From a virus (lineage: Duplodnaviria > Caudoviricetes): a DNA stretch of 64,000 bases. Below the pieces are notes generated by a model that was not told the origin of the DNA, ran no database searches, and saw only the letters and a list, made by a program, of their open reading frames with translations. Location of the stretch: IMG/VR virus record IMGVR_UViG_3300020434_000055. One strand, written 5' to 3'. Shown here one piece after another: positions 48,006-57,979 of the stretch. Position 1 is the stretch's first letter. Every line of letters starts with the position of its first letter. Both the position numbers and the translations under genes were made by a program.

Positions 48006-48978
48006 TTTTTTCCTTTGGTATTTTAGAATCTGCTGAACTTACACACGTTGGTGTTATACAATTTCTCGGTCTCTTAAACAATTTAAATCCACCTTCTATA
48101 GTTCCTAATGGTTCATCATGACAACTATACCCTCTTTTAATTTCTCCTCCCGGTTCTCTTATTATACAACTTTGATATCCTGCACTACAACTCCATCCTT
48201 TAAATTTATTAAATCCAAATGCATTAAGTCTTTCAGCTTGATCTAATTCATATTCTTTTCCTACTGCATCATACAATAATAATTGTTTTACTTCCTGGGT
48301 CATTTCATTTTGTAGTATATTAGCTTGTTCTTCTGTATATCCTTGTACAATAAAACTTGCTGTAGGATCACTTTGAGGTTTAAGAGTTACATTTAATCCT
48401 TTGTCTCTAAATCTTTTACATCTATTATAATACTCATCCCAACGTTCTGGAACCATAACTTGATTTATTGTTATAAGTATTCCATGTTCTTGTAAAAATT
48501 TAAGTTTATCACCAAATTCTTCCTCATTAGAAAATTCTGCATGGTAACTTGCTGTAATACTTCTACGATCCAATGGATAAGTTGTTTCTAACCATCGATC
48601 CCACCATTTTAAACCTGGACTACAATTACTAGTCATATGCACACTAAGATATTCACTTATAGGATCAGCATAATAATCTAATAATTCTATTAAACCTTTA
48701 TATGTTGTAGGTTCTCCTCCACTAAAACTAAAATGAAATTTACTAAATCCATATTCTCCTGCTTGTTTTTTAATTTCTTTTATAGTATTTTGATATTGTT
48801 CTAGTGGTCTATGATCTAAAACTTTACTTTTAGCATATGGCCAACAATAGCTACAATCATAATTACAAAATCTTCCAAGAATCCAGCTAACAGAGAACAC
48901 ATTTTGTTCCAACATTGTTCTTTGTCCCAATTTAACAATATTGTTAAACGGTATATTATTTTGATAATCCACAAACAC
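47998..48978 (-). CDS. Radical SAM protein with C-terminal SPASM/twitch-like motif
   Basis: RFCNYDCSYC, SGGEPT, CSAG...YSC...CITPTCVS; GTG start. Confidence 0.85.
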   Translation of the reverse strand: MFVDYQNNIPFNNIVKLGQRTMLEQNVFSVSWILGRFCNYDCSYCWPYAKSKVLDHRPLEQYQNTIKEIKKQAGEYGFSKFHFSFSGGEPTTYKGLIELLDYYADPISEYLSVHMTSNCSPGLKWWDRWLETTYPLDRRSITASYHAEFSNEEEFGDKLKFLQEHGILITINQVMVPERWDEYYNRCKRFRDKGLNVTLKPQSDPTASFIVQGYTEEQANILQNEMTQEVKQLLLYDAVGKEYELDQAERLNAFGFNKFKGWSCSAGYQSCIIREPGGEIKRGYSCHDEPLGTIEGGFKLFKRPRNCITPTCVSSADSKIPKEKNV

Positions 48979-49663
48979 TATCCTTCATTTTATATTTGTA
49001 ATATTCTTTTAACCACGTAAAATTATTAATTAATTTTAATTTACTTGGTAAATCTTTACTTTCAGACCCGTATTCTTTTCCTGCTAACGCTCCTTTAATT
49101 GCATATGACCCAAACAGTTTATCTTTTCCTACGGTACACCAAACATCTAATCTACTATCTGTTTCTTTATCATCTCCTCTATCAATAACTTTACTACTTA
49201 ATTTTACACACTCTCTAAATGCCGATTTAAAAGTATTGAACGCATCTGTATTAAAAACACTAACATTGGATACTTGTTCCATAGGTCTGAATCTATCACT
49301 AATACTTGTTGTCATATCAACTGTATCTTCATTTATTTCTAAAGTTTTTCTACGAGGTAATAGTTTTACGCCCCCGTAACCATACTCTAAATTATTAATT
49401 GGATTCCTACTTCGCCAAACGTGTACTACATTTTCATTTCTTTTTTCAGGTACAAAGTCAAAATTAAAACTATCTAATATATCTGCATCTGCATCTACCA
49501 CCCAAAACATTTTTGTTAAACATTTACTTGCGGCTACTTTATGTGCTTTATGAATTCCTTTTATTCCATTAACTCTTTGAGCTATTGGAAATCGTTTATG
49601 CAAATTATTAAAATGCTTATCAGCAGTAGCTTCATTATAGCTTATAAAAACAATATCATACAT
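48956..49663 (-). CDS. GT-A glycosyltransferase-like protein
   Basis: DIVFISYNE, AHKVAA, WVVDADA (DxD). Confidence 0.7.
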   Translation of the reverse strand: MYDIVFISYNEATADKHFNNLHKRFPIAQRVNGIKGIHKAHKVAASKCLTKMFWVVDADADILDSFNFDFVPEKRNENVVHVWRSRNPINNLEYGYGGVKLLPRRKTLEINEDTVDMTTSISDRFRPMEQVSNVSVFNTDAFNTFKSAFRECVKLSSKVIDRGDDKETDSRLDVWCTVGKDKLFGSYAIKGALAGKEYGSESKDLPSKLKLINNFTWLKEYYKYKMKDSVCGLSK

Positions 49664-50631
49664 TACAATGTTCTCTTTTTAAAAATTCTTGGACTATTCA
49701 TATACACCGATTTAAAAAATTTACTCTGTTCAGGGGTCAATGGTAATACAGGTATATCTATTTCTTCTCTATTTTTTATATCTTGACCCATTTGTGTTAT
49801 TCGAGTTATTAATTCTTCCTCAGTTAATTTAGAATGACCTCTTCCTAAAGTATTTTCCTCATTAAGAATTGCATTTCGATGAAATATTGGACCAGATGGA
49901 TTAGATTGCCATTCTTCTAAAAGATATTGAAAATCTCTTGTATACATTAAATCCCAATCTGTGCAAGTAATATTATAACAACCTAACCTTGCTCCATATA
50001 TTGCCCATAAACCATTTTCAACATCTGCTCCAACAGACATCCATACTAATAATCTATGATAATTTTGCCACCAAATGTCTTTAAGCCTTGGAACTCTAAC
50101 GTATCTGTCAATACTCATTTTTACTCCTTCTCTAAATCCTGATCTCCAGGCCTGATAAGGACTAGCATTAACATAACTTGTAGAATAATTTTCATTAAAT
50201 TGATAGTAATTTGGAAAATGACAAAATTCTATTGCATTTTTATCTTTACCATCATGAATTTCATGAGTTTTCATATTTTTAACAAAGTCTTTAGTCCACA
50301 TTTTTAAACTACCATTACCATACATTAATCCATTCATAGCAATTTTACCACACCAACTAAATTGATATGTATTATCTAGTCCTAAAGCATCTAAATCTAT
50401 TTCTACATCTAAAAAATTCTTGTCTACTATTGTGTCAGCATCTATTGTAATAAATCTTTCTGTTTCAGATATATTTGCACACGCCTTATGAGCCGCATCT
50501 AATCCTTTTACCGCGTGTACTCTTTTAGCCCATGGAAATTTCTTTTTAAGATCAGCATAATTCCTATCAGCATTAGGTTCATCATAACTTAAAAACACAA
50601 AATCTGCATCTTGAACTTTTATTCTATTCAT
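49663..50631 (-). CDS. GT-A glycosyltransferase-like protein, paralog of 48956..49663
   Basis: DFVFLSYDE, AAHKACA, ITIDADT, AWRSGFREGVK. Confidence 0.7.
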   Translation of the reverse strand: MNRIKVQDADFVFLSYDEPNADRNYADLKKKFPWAKRVHAVKGLDAAHKACANISETERFITIDADTIVDKNFLDVEIDLDALGLDNTYQFSWCGKIAMNGLMYGNGSLKMWTKDFVKNMKTHEIHDGKDKNAIEFCHFPNYYQFNENYSTSYVNASPYQAWRSGFREGVKMSIDRYVRVPRLKDIWWQNYHRLLVWMSVGADVENGLWAIYGARLGCYNITCTDWDLMYTRDFQYLLEEWQSNPSGPIFHRNAILNEENTLGRGHSKLTEEELITRITQMGQDIKNREEIDIPVLPLTPEQSKFFKSVYMNSPRIFKKRTL

Positions 50632-51223
50632 TTACAACCTCATAACTATAATCATGCATTTTCCTACAATATAAAGAAGGAGTGTTATTACTTTTGTGCT
50701 TCATTATAAGTCTTTTTTGTTCAATCAATTCATTTAAATTTAAAGGTAATACATAGTCCAATATATTAGCATCATCTAATTTAGTAACATAAAAGTCTAA
50801 TATTGTTTTTTGCGACAAATCTAAAGTATTTTCTAACTCTTTACTTAATTTGTCATCTATTTGAACTTCCCATTCCTTCTTCTTCATATCTAATTTAAAT
50901 GAAATTTTATTATCTGGAGTATTAGGATTAATTTTATATACATGACTATTTTCTATTTTTTTATTTGCTTGAATTTTATGTTCTACCGAATCCATTGACT
51001 CTTTAGATTTCACTACATACTTCCCTTGCTGTAAAATTACTTCATATTGCGATAAATTTTTTATTCCTACTGCAATATCTGTACCTAAAGACTCTGTTAT
51101 TTCTATACAATTTCCTTTTTTAACTACACCACAATAAATTACTTGCCCAGATTCTTTATTAAAGCCAAAATACCATTGTTGTTTTTTTATAACAGGTTTA
51201 AATGTTAAATCTGGTCTATACAT
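50624..51223 (-). CDS. Hypothetical protein
   Basis: 199 aa ORF within the operon. Confidence 0.65.
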   Translation of the reverse strand: MYRPDLTFKPVIKKQQWYFGFNKESGQVIYCGVVKKGNCIEITESLGTDIAVGIKNLSQYEVILQQGKYVVKSKESMDSVEHKIQANKKIENSHVYKINPNTPDNKISFKLDMKKKEWEVQIDDKLSKELENTLDLSQKTILDFYVTKLDDANILDYVLPLNLNELIEQKRLIMKHKSNNTPSLYCRKMHDYSYEVVNE

Positions 51224-52049
51224 TTGCCTCCAATTTATTTAATATGTCATCTGAAAGAAATTCAGGATCAACATAATGAAATATACCGTTTTGTTTATAA
51301 TTTCCTATTTTTAAATTACACTTTTCATCAAAATAAGGGTTCACATAAGACATCCACTTATTAGTTTTATGTTTCCAATTTTGTGCATAAGATTTCATGT
51401 GTGTAAAAGTTAAAAAGTCTACTTTAGATGTTATTTTGTTCATATTATTAACCAAGTTACTTGCTAAAGACACAGATACGTCCATACTACACCAATTTTG
51501 AGTATGCAAAGGGATAAATCTTTTATAATACACTTCATAATTCTTTATTATATGTTCTACTAAATTAAAAAAATTAAAATTACTTTTAGTTTTTTTAAAA
51601 TAGTGCATACCACAATATAAATTGGGTAAATTATTTTTTGTAAATGCTTTTCTATAAAAATCTGATGTAACAATTTCATTTCTATATGTTTTTACTTGTG
51701 ATGTAAAAAATAATTCAAAATTGTTTAAAAATTTCCACCAATGATCAAGATTTTCTAACACTAACATATCTGCATCAAGCACCATCGTTTCATCATAGGG
51801 TGAAGCATTGTATATTTTACATCTATTTTCTATTTTCCAAGTACTAAACTCTGCATAGTCTTCCCCTGGTATATCTATGATACTGTTAAAGTACTTCTTT
51901 TGTTCATTAGGGATCGAAACATTGGTCATTAAACTAATTTTTGCTTGTTTATTATGTAATCTTATACTCATAGCTAAAGCAATTGCTTGTTTAAAGTAAT
52001 CTACACTATCATTTTGTTGTGCAAAAATAAGATAACCTTGATTTATCAT
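51216..52049 (-). CDS. GT8-like glycosyltransferase
   Basis: SPYDETMVLDADML (DxD), GMHYF. Confidence 0.65.
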   Translation of the reverse strand: MINQGYLIFAQQNDSVDYFKQAIALAMSIRLHNKQAKISLMTNVSIPNEQKKYFNSIIDIPGEDYAEFSTWKIENRCKIYNASPYDETMVLDADMLVLENLDHWWKFLNNFELFFTSQVKTYRNEIVTSDFYRKAFTKNNLPNLYCGMHYFKKTKSNFNFFNLVEHIIKNYEVYYKRFIPLHTQNWCSMDVSVSLASNLVNNMNKITSKVDFLTFTHMKSYAQNWKHKTNKWMSYVNPYFDEKCNLKIGNYKQNGIFHYVDPEFLSDDILNKLEANV

Positions 52050-52894
52050 ACTTGTTCCTCTTTTATCCAGCGATCATACATTATTGCACGATTTAATGCT
52101 AATTTGTTCATTATATGTAAATCCATACCATTTACTCTACATGGATAATATTTTTTAGTATCAATGGAAAGCATTAATTTCCAAGATCCATCAAAATGTA
52201 TAACATCATCTCTATCTGTTATGTAATATAACTTGCCTGGCAAGTTCATTGGCCAATTAGTTTCTTTAAAATCGTTTAACATATGAATAGCAATACTAAA
52301 AGAATGATCATTTCTATAATTTTGTCCTATAATTTGATACGTGAATCTATAAAATGACCAATTATTTTTAATATGCTTAATTAATTCAAAGAAAGTTTTC
52401 ATTTTTTTAGTTTTTCTAAAAAAGAAAACAGTAGCCCAATACATAGGAATGCTAGAATCACTTACATTTTTATCGATTAAATCTTCTCTATGTTGATAAT
52501 TGATATATTCTGCATCTTTGTTTATAAGAAAATCAGCATTTGATTGAAAGCATTTTAAAAGATGATTATTTCCTACAATGTAATCTGTATCCATAACAAT
52601 AGTTTCATCATATGGTGTTAAATCATAACAGTTAGGTCTTGAAAAATTATGCCACAAAGCAGTATGCTTGGTCATTGAACCATCTGAAAAAGATTTTATT
52701 TGTGTTGTATTAGTATTTTCTACGGATATAATTTTGTCAAATAGGAATTTCTTGTCATCTGGTACTTTATTTGACGTTACTAAACTTACAGATAAGTTTA
52801 AATGTTTTTTAATTTGTTCACTACAAAAGATAGCCTGCGATACATAATCTATCAGGCCATTATTATGAGCAAATAGTAATACACCTTTAGTCAT
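52046..52894 (-). CDS. GT8-like glycosyltransferase, paralog of 51216..52049
   Basis: TPYDETIVMDTDY (DxD), WATVFFF, RND. Confidence 0.65.
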   Translation of the reverse strand: MTKGVLLFAHNNGLIDYVSQAIFCSEQIKKHLNLSVSLVTSNKVPDDKKFLFDKIISVENTNTTQIKSFSDGSMTKHTALWHNFSRPNCYDLTPYDETIVMDTDYIVGNNHLLKCFQSNADFLINKDAEYINYQHREDLIDKNVSDSSIPMYWATVFFFRKTKKMKTFFELIKHIKNNWSFYRFTYQIIGQNYRNDHSFSIAIHMLNDFKETNWPMNLPGKLYYITDRDDVIHFDGSWKLMLSIDTKKYYPCRVNGMDLHIMNKLALNRAIMYDRWIKEEQV

Positions 52895-53234
52895 CCTTCA
52901 ATATTTCACCTTTTGACTTTTCTAACTTACGATATTCTAGCCAATAAGCATTAAGATTCTTTTGATATAAGTCAGAAATGTTGTCAAAAAAGTCCTGAAC
53001 GTTATCTACTTTAACAGGAACTTTGTAATCATCTAATATAATAACGTCTTTATTCTTGTTTAAATCTAATAGTCCTTTACAATAGTTGATTAATGCTACA
53101 TTAATCGTAAATTGATGACCTTCGTGGAAATGAATATTAGAATCCACAAACTTTTCTTTCAGAATTCTAGTTTGGTTATTGTGGACTTTTAATCTGTCCG
53201 CAAGTCGCAAGGCTTTTTGTTGTATTTCTTCCAT
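52887..53234 (-). CDS. Hypothetical protein
   Basis: 115 aa ORF, first gene after the promoter at 53250-53278. Confidence 0.65.
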   Translation of the reverse strand: MEEIQQKALRLADRLKVHNNQTRILKEKFVDSNIHFHEGHQFTINVALINYCKGLLDLNKNKDVIILDDYKVPVKVDNVQDFFDNISDLYQKNLNAYWLEYRKLEKSKGEILKDD

Positions 53235-53249
53235 ACGTTTTGTATTGCG

Positions 53250-53278
53250 ATTATAACAGGATTTGTGAATTTAATCAA
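53250..53278 (-). promoter_or_regulatory. Sigma70-like promoter
   Basis: Minus strand TTGATT-N17-TATAAT, upstream of the glycosyltransferase operon. Confidence 0.7.
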
Positions 53279-53292
53279 GTTGGATTTTGGTA

Positions 53293-54180
53293 TTAAAGAG
53301 TGCTGGTTCCATCTATGGCAAAAGCTGGTGTTGTACCAATTACATCTATATAAGCAGTACCAGAATCTATAGTAGCTGTAGCATTACTAACTGTTTCATC
53401 AATATTACCTGCCGCTTCGTCACGATATTCCATAGTAAACATTAATTGAGTATTTGATACAGTTCTTGCCTCAATAGTAAAATCATTCGCCGCATAGGCG
53501 CCTCCGCCTCCATCAATACGTTGATATATGTATTGATCAGTCCCAGTTAATTGGTAATTTCCTATAGCAGATCCTACTGTTCCTTGTGGATCTCCTGATG
53601 CTTGTGTTGTACTATTTGCTCCAAATGAAATAGTACCTGCCTGAGCTAACATCGTATTCCAAGATGAGTCTTTAGCACTTCCGCCTGTAACACTTGCCGC
53701 TATTCTAATTGTTCCTCCTGAATTGAAAAAATATCTTCTTTCATCTTCATCAGTAAAAGTAACCGTGAAAAGATGTGTAATTGTACCATTCCATGAACTA
53801 CTTCTAGTCTTAGATGCACTTGTACCTTGTACTTGAATTTGATTAATGTGAGCTGTTAGTCTATTTGTTGCAATAGCTAGAGCTAATGCTTCGTATTGAT
53901 CCCAACCTTTATAAGTTGTTGTATCATCATCTACAATTAAGTCTGCCGCTACTACTTCTTGAAGTTGTCCTGATGTTGGATTACCACCATTTTGGTGTTT
54001 ATAGCATTTTCTAATATCTTCATAAAGGTTATTAATGTTAGTTGCTTCTACAAGTTGGGCTACTGATACCGTACTACTAGTTGCAGTTTGTCCATAACCT
54101 GAATCTCCGGTTCCTGTACCAAGTACGTTATACACATCTTGTCTTAGATTGTTATATCTAGTTGCAGTAACTAATGCCAT
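53293..54180 (-). CDS. Virion structural protein (tail region)
   Basis: Thr/Gly/Ala-rich, GTGTGDSGYGQ, RYFFNSGG; TAAATA at 54199-54204 upstream. Confidence 0.65.
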   Translation of the reverse strand: MALVTATRYNNLRQDVYNVLGTGTGDSGYGQTATSSTVSVAQLVEATNINNLYEDIRKCYKHQNGGNPTSGQLQEVVAADLIVDDDTTTYKGWDQYEALALAIATNRLTAHINQIQVQGTSASKTRSSSWNGTITHLFTVTFTDEDERRYFFNSGGTIRIAASVTGGSAKDSSWNTMLAQAGTISFGANSTTQASGDPQGTVGSAIGNYQLTGTDQYIYQRIDGGGGAYAANDFTIEARTVSNTQLMFTMEYRDEAAGNIDETVSNATATIDSGTAYIDVIGTTPAFAIDGTSTL

Positions 54181-54201
54181 TTGAATATTCCTTTAGAGTA
54201 T

Positions 54202-55674
54202 TTACACTTTTAATACGCACTGAACTAATTTTTCTGAAGCTTTATTGTTTTCTTCTAATGATATGCCTACAAGTCGTCCGATATCATGAGCCATTGGTCT
54301 ACCAATTCCTACACCACCTGGTCCTGCATATACGTGTCCACCTTTTTCTATTGATCCTACAACTCTTATAGGAACTTTACCTACAAAAGCAATAGCCTGT
54401 CCTGGACCATCTGAATTCATTAAGTATGCTGGACTTTCTGATATAACTCCTATTGGATTTGTACCATCATCTGCTGTAGCTTCTTTGGCTCCGCCAATTT
54501 TTACTATAGTACCTGTAGGATAAGTTTCATCTGTATCATATTTTTCCGCCAAATCTGCGTATTGTGCCTGCGTGGCAGTACCAATAAAAAGATTTGCAGT
54601 AATATTAGAACTAACATCTCTTAAAGCAGTTGAATTTGCTACGGCAGTCGTCGCTCCTGCATAGTCAACACTAGCAAATTTAATTGCTGTAGCCGAATCG
54701 GCATTTCCTTTGAAACTAGTTGCATGAACTTCATACCACTTATCAGCCGAGTCTCCTATATTTCTATTTCCAGTTCCTGGAAGTATTCCTGCTGTAGTAA
54801 TTTTAGCAATATCAGTTACAGTTCCAGTATCATTTACTTTAAATTCAATTTTTGATCCTACTTCATTTGATACCGAAGCTTCGTTACCATTTATAATAGA
54901 TACTCTAAGGTCATTACTATCTCCTACAGTATATCCTACATCAGAAAAAGAAGCAATAGTTGTAAAAGTTGTTGTACCTTGACCAGTTGTTAAATATTCG
55001 CTGGCAAGTTTACCGCCTAATTTTAATGAGTTAGAAGCAGTACCCCAAGTATAAGTGTCTGTAGATGTAACTCCACCTGTAGCGGCTTTTGTATCTTTAA
55101 GTGTAATACCTGTTTTAATTCCATCAAAACCTGTAATAAGATTACTTGGATCTGATGTGCCTATTGTAAATTCTGATCCACTAATTGTAAGAATTGTTTC
55201 ATCATTTACAACAGCTTCAATAATTAAATGGCTAGCACCAACATCATCTTTAATTGTTCTACTTTTTAACTGGGTAACAACTGTTCCTACCCCTTGTGGA
55301 CCTACTAAAACAAAACTAGATCCGTTCCAAGCATATAATTGATCATTACCAGTATCCCACCAAAAATCTCCAGTGGTTAATCCTGATGGAGCGGCAGTAT
55401 CTACTTCTGCGCCACCTGTTGTTCTCCATTTAGTACCATCATAAAACTTTAATTTACTAGTTGCATTATCGAACCAAACTTGTCCACTAACAGCTTTTGA
55501 TGGAGAAGTTGCTCCTGAAAAGTTTTCTAATAAGTGTAAAAAGTTTTCATTTTGAATTTCACCATATCCTGCATAATTTCGTCCTATAAATCTTATATCT
55601 GTAGTTTGATCTATAGTACCGTCTTCTACAGTTGTAATTAATGTTCCGTCGTATTTGTTTACAATATATGCCAT
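54202..55674 (-). CDS. Tail fibre/baseplate-attached protein with C-terminal ADLAE domain
   Basis: Shared N-domain GRNYAGYGEIQNENFLHLLENF...GQVWFD; C-terminal YADLAEKY...IGVIS...GKVP chaperone/autocleavage-like pattern. Confidence 0.7.
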   Translation of the reverse strand: MAYIVNKYDGTLITTVEDGTIDQTTDIRFIGRNYAGYGEIQNENFLHLLENFSGATSPSKAVSGQVWFDNATSKLKFYDGTKWRTTGGAEVDTAAPSGLTTGDFWWDTGNDQLYAWNGSSFVLVGPQGVGTVVTQLKSRTIKDDVGASHLIIEAVVNDETILTISGSEFTIGTSDPSNLITGFDGIKTGITLKDTKAATGGVTSTDTYTWGTASNSLKLGGKLASEYLTTGQGTTTFTTIASFSDVGYTVGDSNDLRVSIINGNEASVSNEVGSKIEFKVNDTGTVTDIAKITTAGILPGTGNRNIGDSADKWYEVHATSFKGNADSATAIKFASVDYAGATTAVANSTALRDVSSNITANLFIGTATQAQYADLAEKYDTDETYPTGTIVKIGGAKEATADDGTNPIGVISESPAYLMNSDGPGQAIAFVGKVPIRVVGSIEKGGHVYAGPGGVGIGRPMAHDIGRLVGISLEENNKASEKLVQCVLKV

Positions 55675-55701
55675 ATGTGTCCTATTTTAAATATTTATCT
55701 A

Positions 55702-57978
55702 TTAGTACAGTTCTCTATCAAACTCCCACGAGCCACTACCTGTGCCAGTAGGGTCATTAACAACAAACTGTAATAAACCTCTTATTGGTGTAAATCCTAT
55801 AGCACCTGCGGCTTGAGTTGGAAAACTAATATCCTCTACAACTTGTTTATTTGAACTACCAACTACAGGTGTTCTTTCTATTGTACCTGTATTTGCATTA
55901 TAATTTGTACCTGAAAATTGCCCAAGTGGTCCACCTGATTGAGAATTAAGATCAATAGTTAATGATATGTAATTCGGAGCCTCAGCGGCAAATTCTGATG
56001 CTATTACAGTATAATTTCCATCAATAGTTGCTCCACTTGGCGGTGTTGTACTAAATGTTGTACCTGTAATTACAACTGATTGTCCTGCTTCATAATAATG
56101 AGCAACAGAACAAGTAATTTTTGTTGTTACACCTAAACTTGCATCAGTATTATGAGTTACTATAGAATTAATAGTTCTTTGACTAGCTGTTATTGTTTGA
56201 TCAACAGGTGTATAATCTATTAATTTTACTGCATCTACATCAATTCCTGATACTGCACCAGTTGTTCCAAAATCAACTGTACGAACTCTTGCTAATAAAC
56301 CATGCGATTTTTTTCCAATTGCAATTATAGGATTAACAGATGTCAATGGTGCTCGAGTATTACCATTATAAGTCCAATTAGGACTGCTATATCCTGCTAC
56401 AGGATAAAGATCATTTAAAGCAGTGATTATCCAATTATGAACAGCAGTGTCTTGATATCCTGTACCTATTCCTGATATATCAAGTTCAATTGCCGCACTA
56501 ACTCCACCATCTGCATATTGTTTAGTTACTGCATCAGTTGGATTTACTGGTTCACCTAGTCCTGTAATTCTTTGACTACCTTGTTGACTCGAACTATCTA
56601 AAATTGTAATAGGCGTGTCACTCTTAAGGTGTAATGTTTCTGCATTTATGGACTCAATGGTGTTTGCATTTAATCTTATGTCATCAATAACAAGTTCGAC
56701 CATTGTTCCTAAAGTTGTTAAAGAAGAAAATTCTACTTGTGATCCTAATGTATCTCCTGATAATACCATGTTTCCATCAACTTTATAGTTTTTGCCTACT
56801 GCTAAATCTATATTTTCTGTTGACGTCCAACTATCTGTAGCATTTTTCCATGTAAAATATTTGTCACTGTCTGATGATTTAAGAATTATTCCTCCATCAT
56901 CTACTGCTATATCATTTCCTACAACTTGACTTTCATCTATACCTAATTCAATATTTTTATCTTCTACTTGTAAATTAACAACTCCAATATTAGTTTGAGT
57001 ACCACTTACTGTAAGATTTCCTGAAATGTTTACATCTCCTCCTACGTCAAGTGTTTTTGCAGGTGTTCCTTGAAATATTCCTACACGACTATTTGCGGCA
57101 TCAACTTTAATTGCTGATGTTGGTGTAGGATTACGTACTTTTAAATTAAAATCTTGATCAGTTAATACATTTTCAATTGTAAATGCATTTGAATCAAATT
57201 TTAATTGAGTATTTTGATTTAATCCTACTATTAATCCTGCATTATTTTGTACAGTTATTGAACCTGTAGTTGTATCATTGGCATCTGCATACAAATATTG
57301 ATCACCTGTTCTTGCAACGCCGGCCGCATTAGTTAAATTTTCTGCTTCTGTAACTCTTCCTCTATATTTGAAATCTGTAGAAACAACATTAAATCCTCTA
57401 TATATTATGCCATTAGGATTAGTATTTGGATCAACTAGTTCTGTTATTTTGTCTGCAGGTACTGGTGTAAATTCTGCGTTAGCATAAGCACCTATAACAA
57501 CTCCTTTAATAAAAAATTTAATAACAGTTTGCGTTACGTTCTGTGTATCTAAAACTGATACTACATCAAAACCTGATTGTCCTTGTGTAAGAGAATATTG
57601 TGGACCTACTAATTTAAGAACTGTACCATCAAAAAAGTATAATTGTTGTTTAGAGCTGTCTATCCATAGATCACCTGACACCATATTTGGTTGTGTAGCT
57701 GAAACTGTTACACCGCCACCTGCTACAAATTCTGATCCATTATAAACTTTTAATTTATTTTCAGATGTATCATACCAAAGTTGTCCTGTAATAGGATGTG
57801 CTGGAGCAGTTGTATTAGAAAAACTTTCTAGTACTTTAATAAAATTTTCATTAAGAACTTCACCAAATCCTGTATAATTTCTACCAATTAAAGAAAGATC
57901 AGTAGATGTAGTATCTAATTGACCATCAACTAAATCAGTTAATAAACTTCCATCTGTTTTGTTTAATTTATAACTCAT
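55702..57978 (-). CDS. Tail fibre/baseplate-attached protein
   Basis: Shared N-domain GRNYTGFGEVLNENFIKVLESF...GQLWYD; beta-rich body. Confidence 0.7.
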   Translation of the reverse strand: MSYKLNKTDGSLLTDLVDGQLDTTSTDLSLIGRNYTGFGEVLNENFIKVLESFSNTTAPAHPITGQLWYDTSENKLKVYNGSEFVAGGGVTVSATQPNMVSGDLWIDSSKQQLYFFDGTVLKLVGPQYSLTQGQSGFDVVSVLDTQNVTQTVIKFFIKGVVIGAYANAEFTPVPADKITELVDPNTNPNGIIYRGFNVVSTDFKYRGRVTEAENLTNAAGVARTGDQYLYADANDTTTGSITVQNNAGLIVGLNQNTQLKFDSNAFTIENVLTDQDFNLKVRNPTPTSAIKVDAANSRVGIFQGTPAKTLDVGGDVNISGNLTVSGTQTNIGVVNLQVEDKNIELGIDESQVVGNDIAVDDGGIILKSSDSDKYFTWKNATDSWTSTENIDLAVGKNYKVDGNMVLSGDTLGSQVEFSSLTTLGTMVELVIDDIRLNANTIESINAETLHLKSDTPITILDSSSQQGSQRITGLGEPVNPTDAVTKQYADGGVSAAIELDISGIGTGYQDTAVHNWIITALNDLYPVAGYSSPNWTYNGNTRAPLTSVNPIIAIGKKSHGLLARVRTVDFGTTGAVSGIDVDAVKLIDYTPVDQTITASQRTINSIVTHNTDASLGVTTKITCSVAHYYEAGQSVVITGTTFSTTPPSGATIDGNYTVIASEFAAEAPNYISLTIDLNSQSGGPLGQFSGTNYNANTGTIERTPVVGSSNKQVVEDISFPTQAAGAIGFTPIRGLLQFVVNDPTGTGSGSWEFDRELY

Positions 57979-57979
57979 C

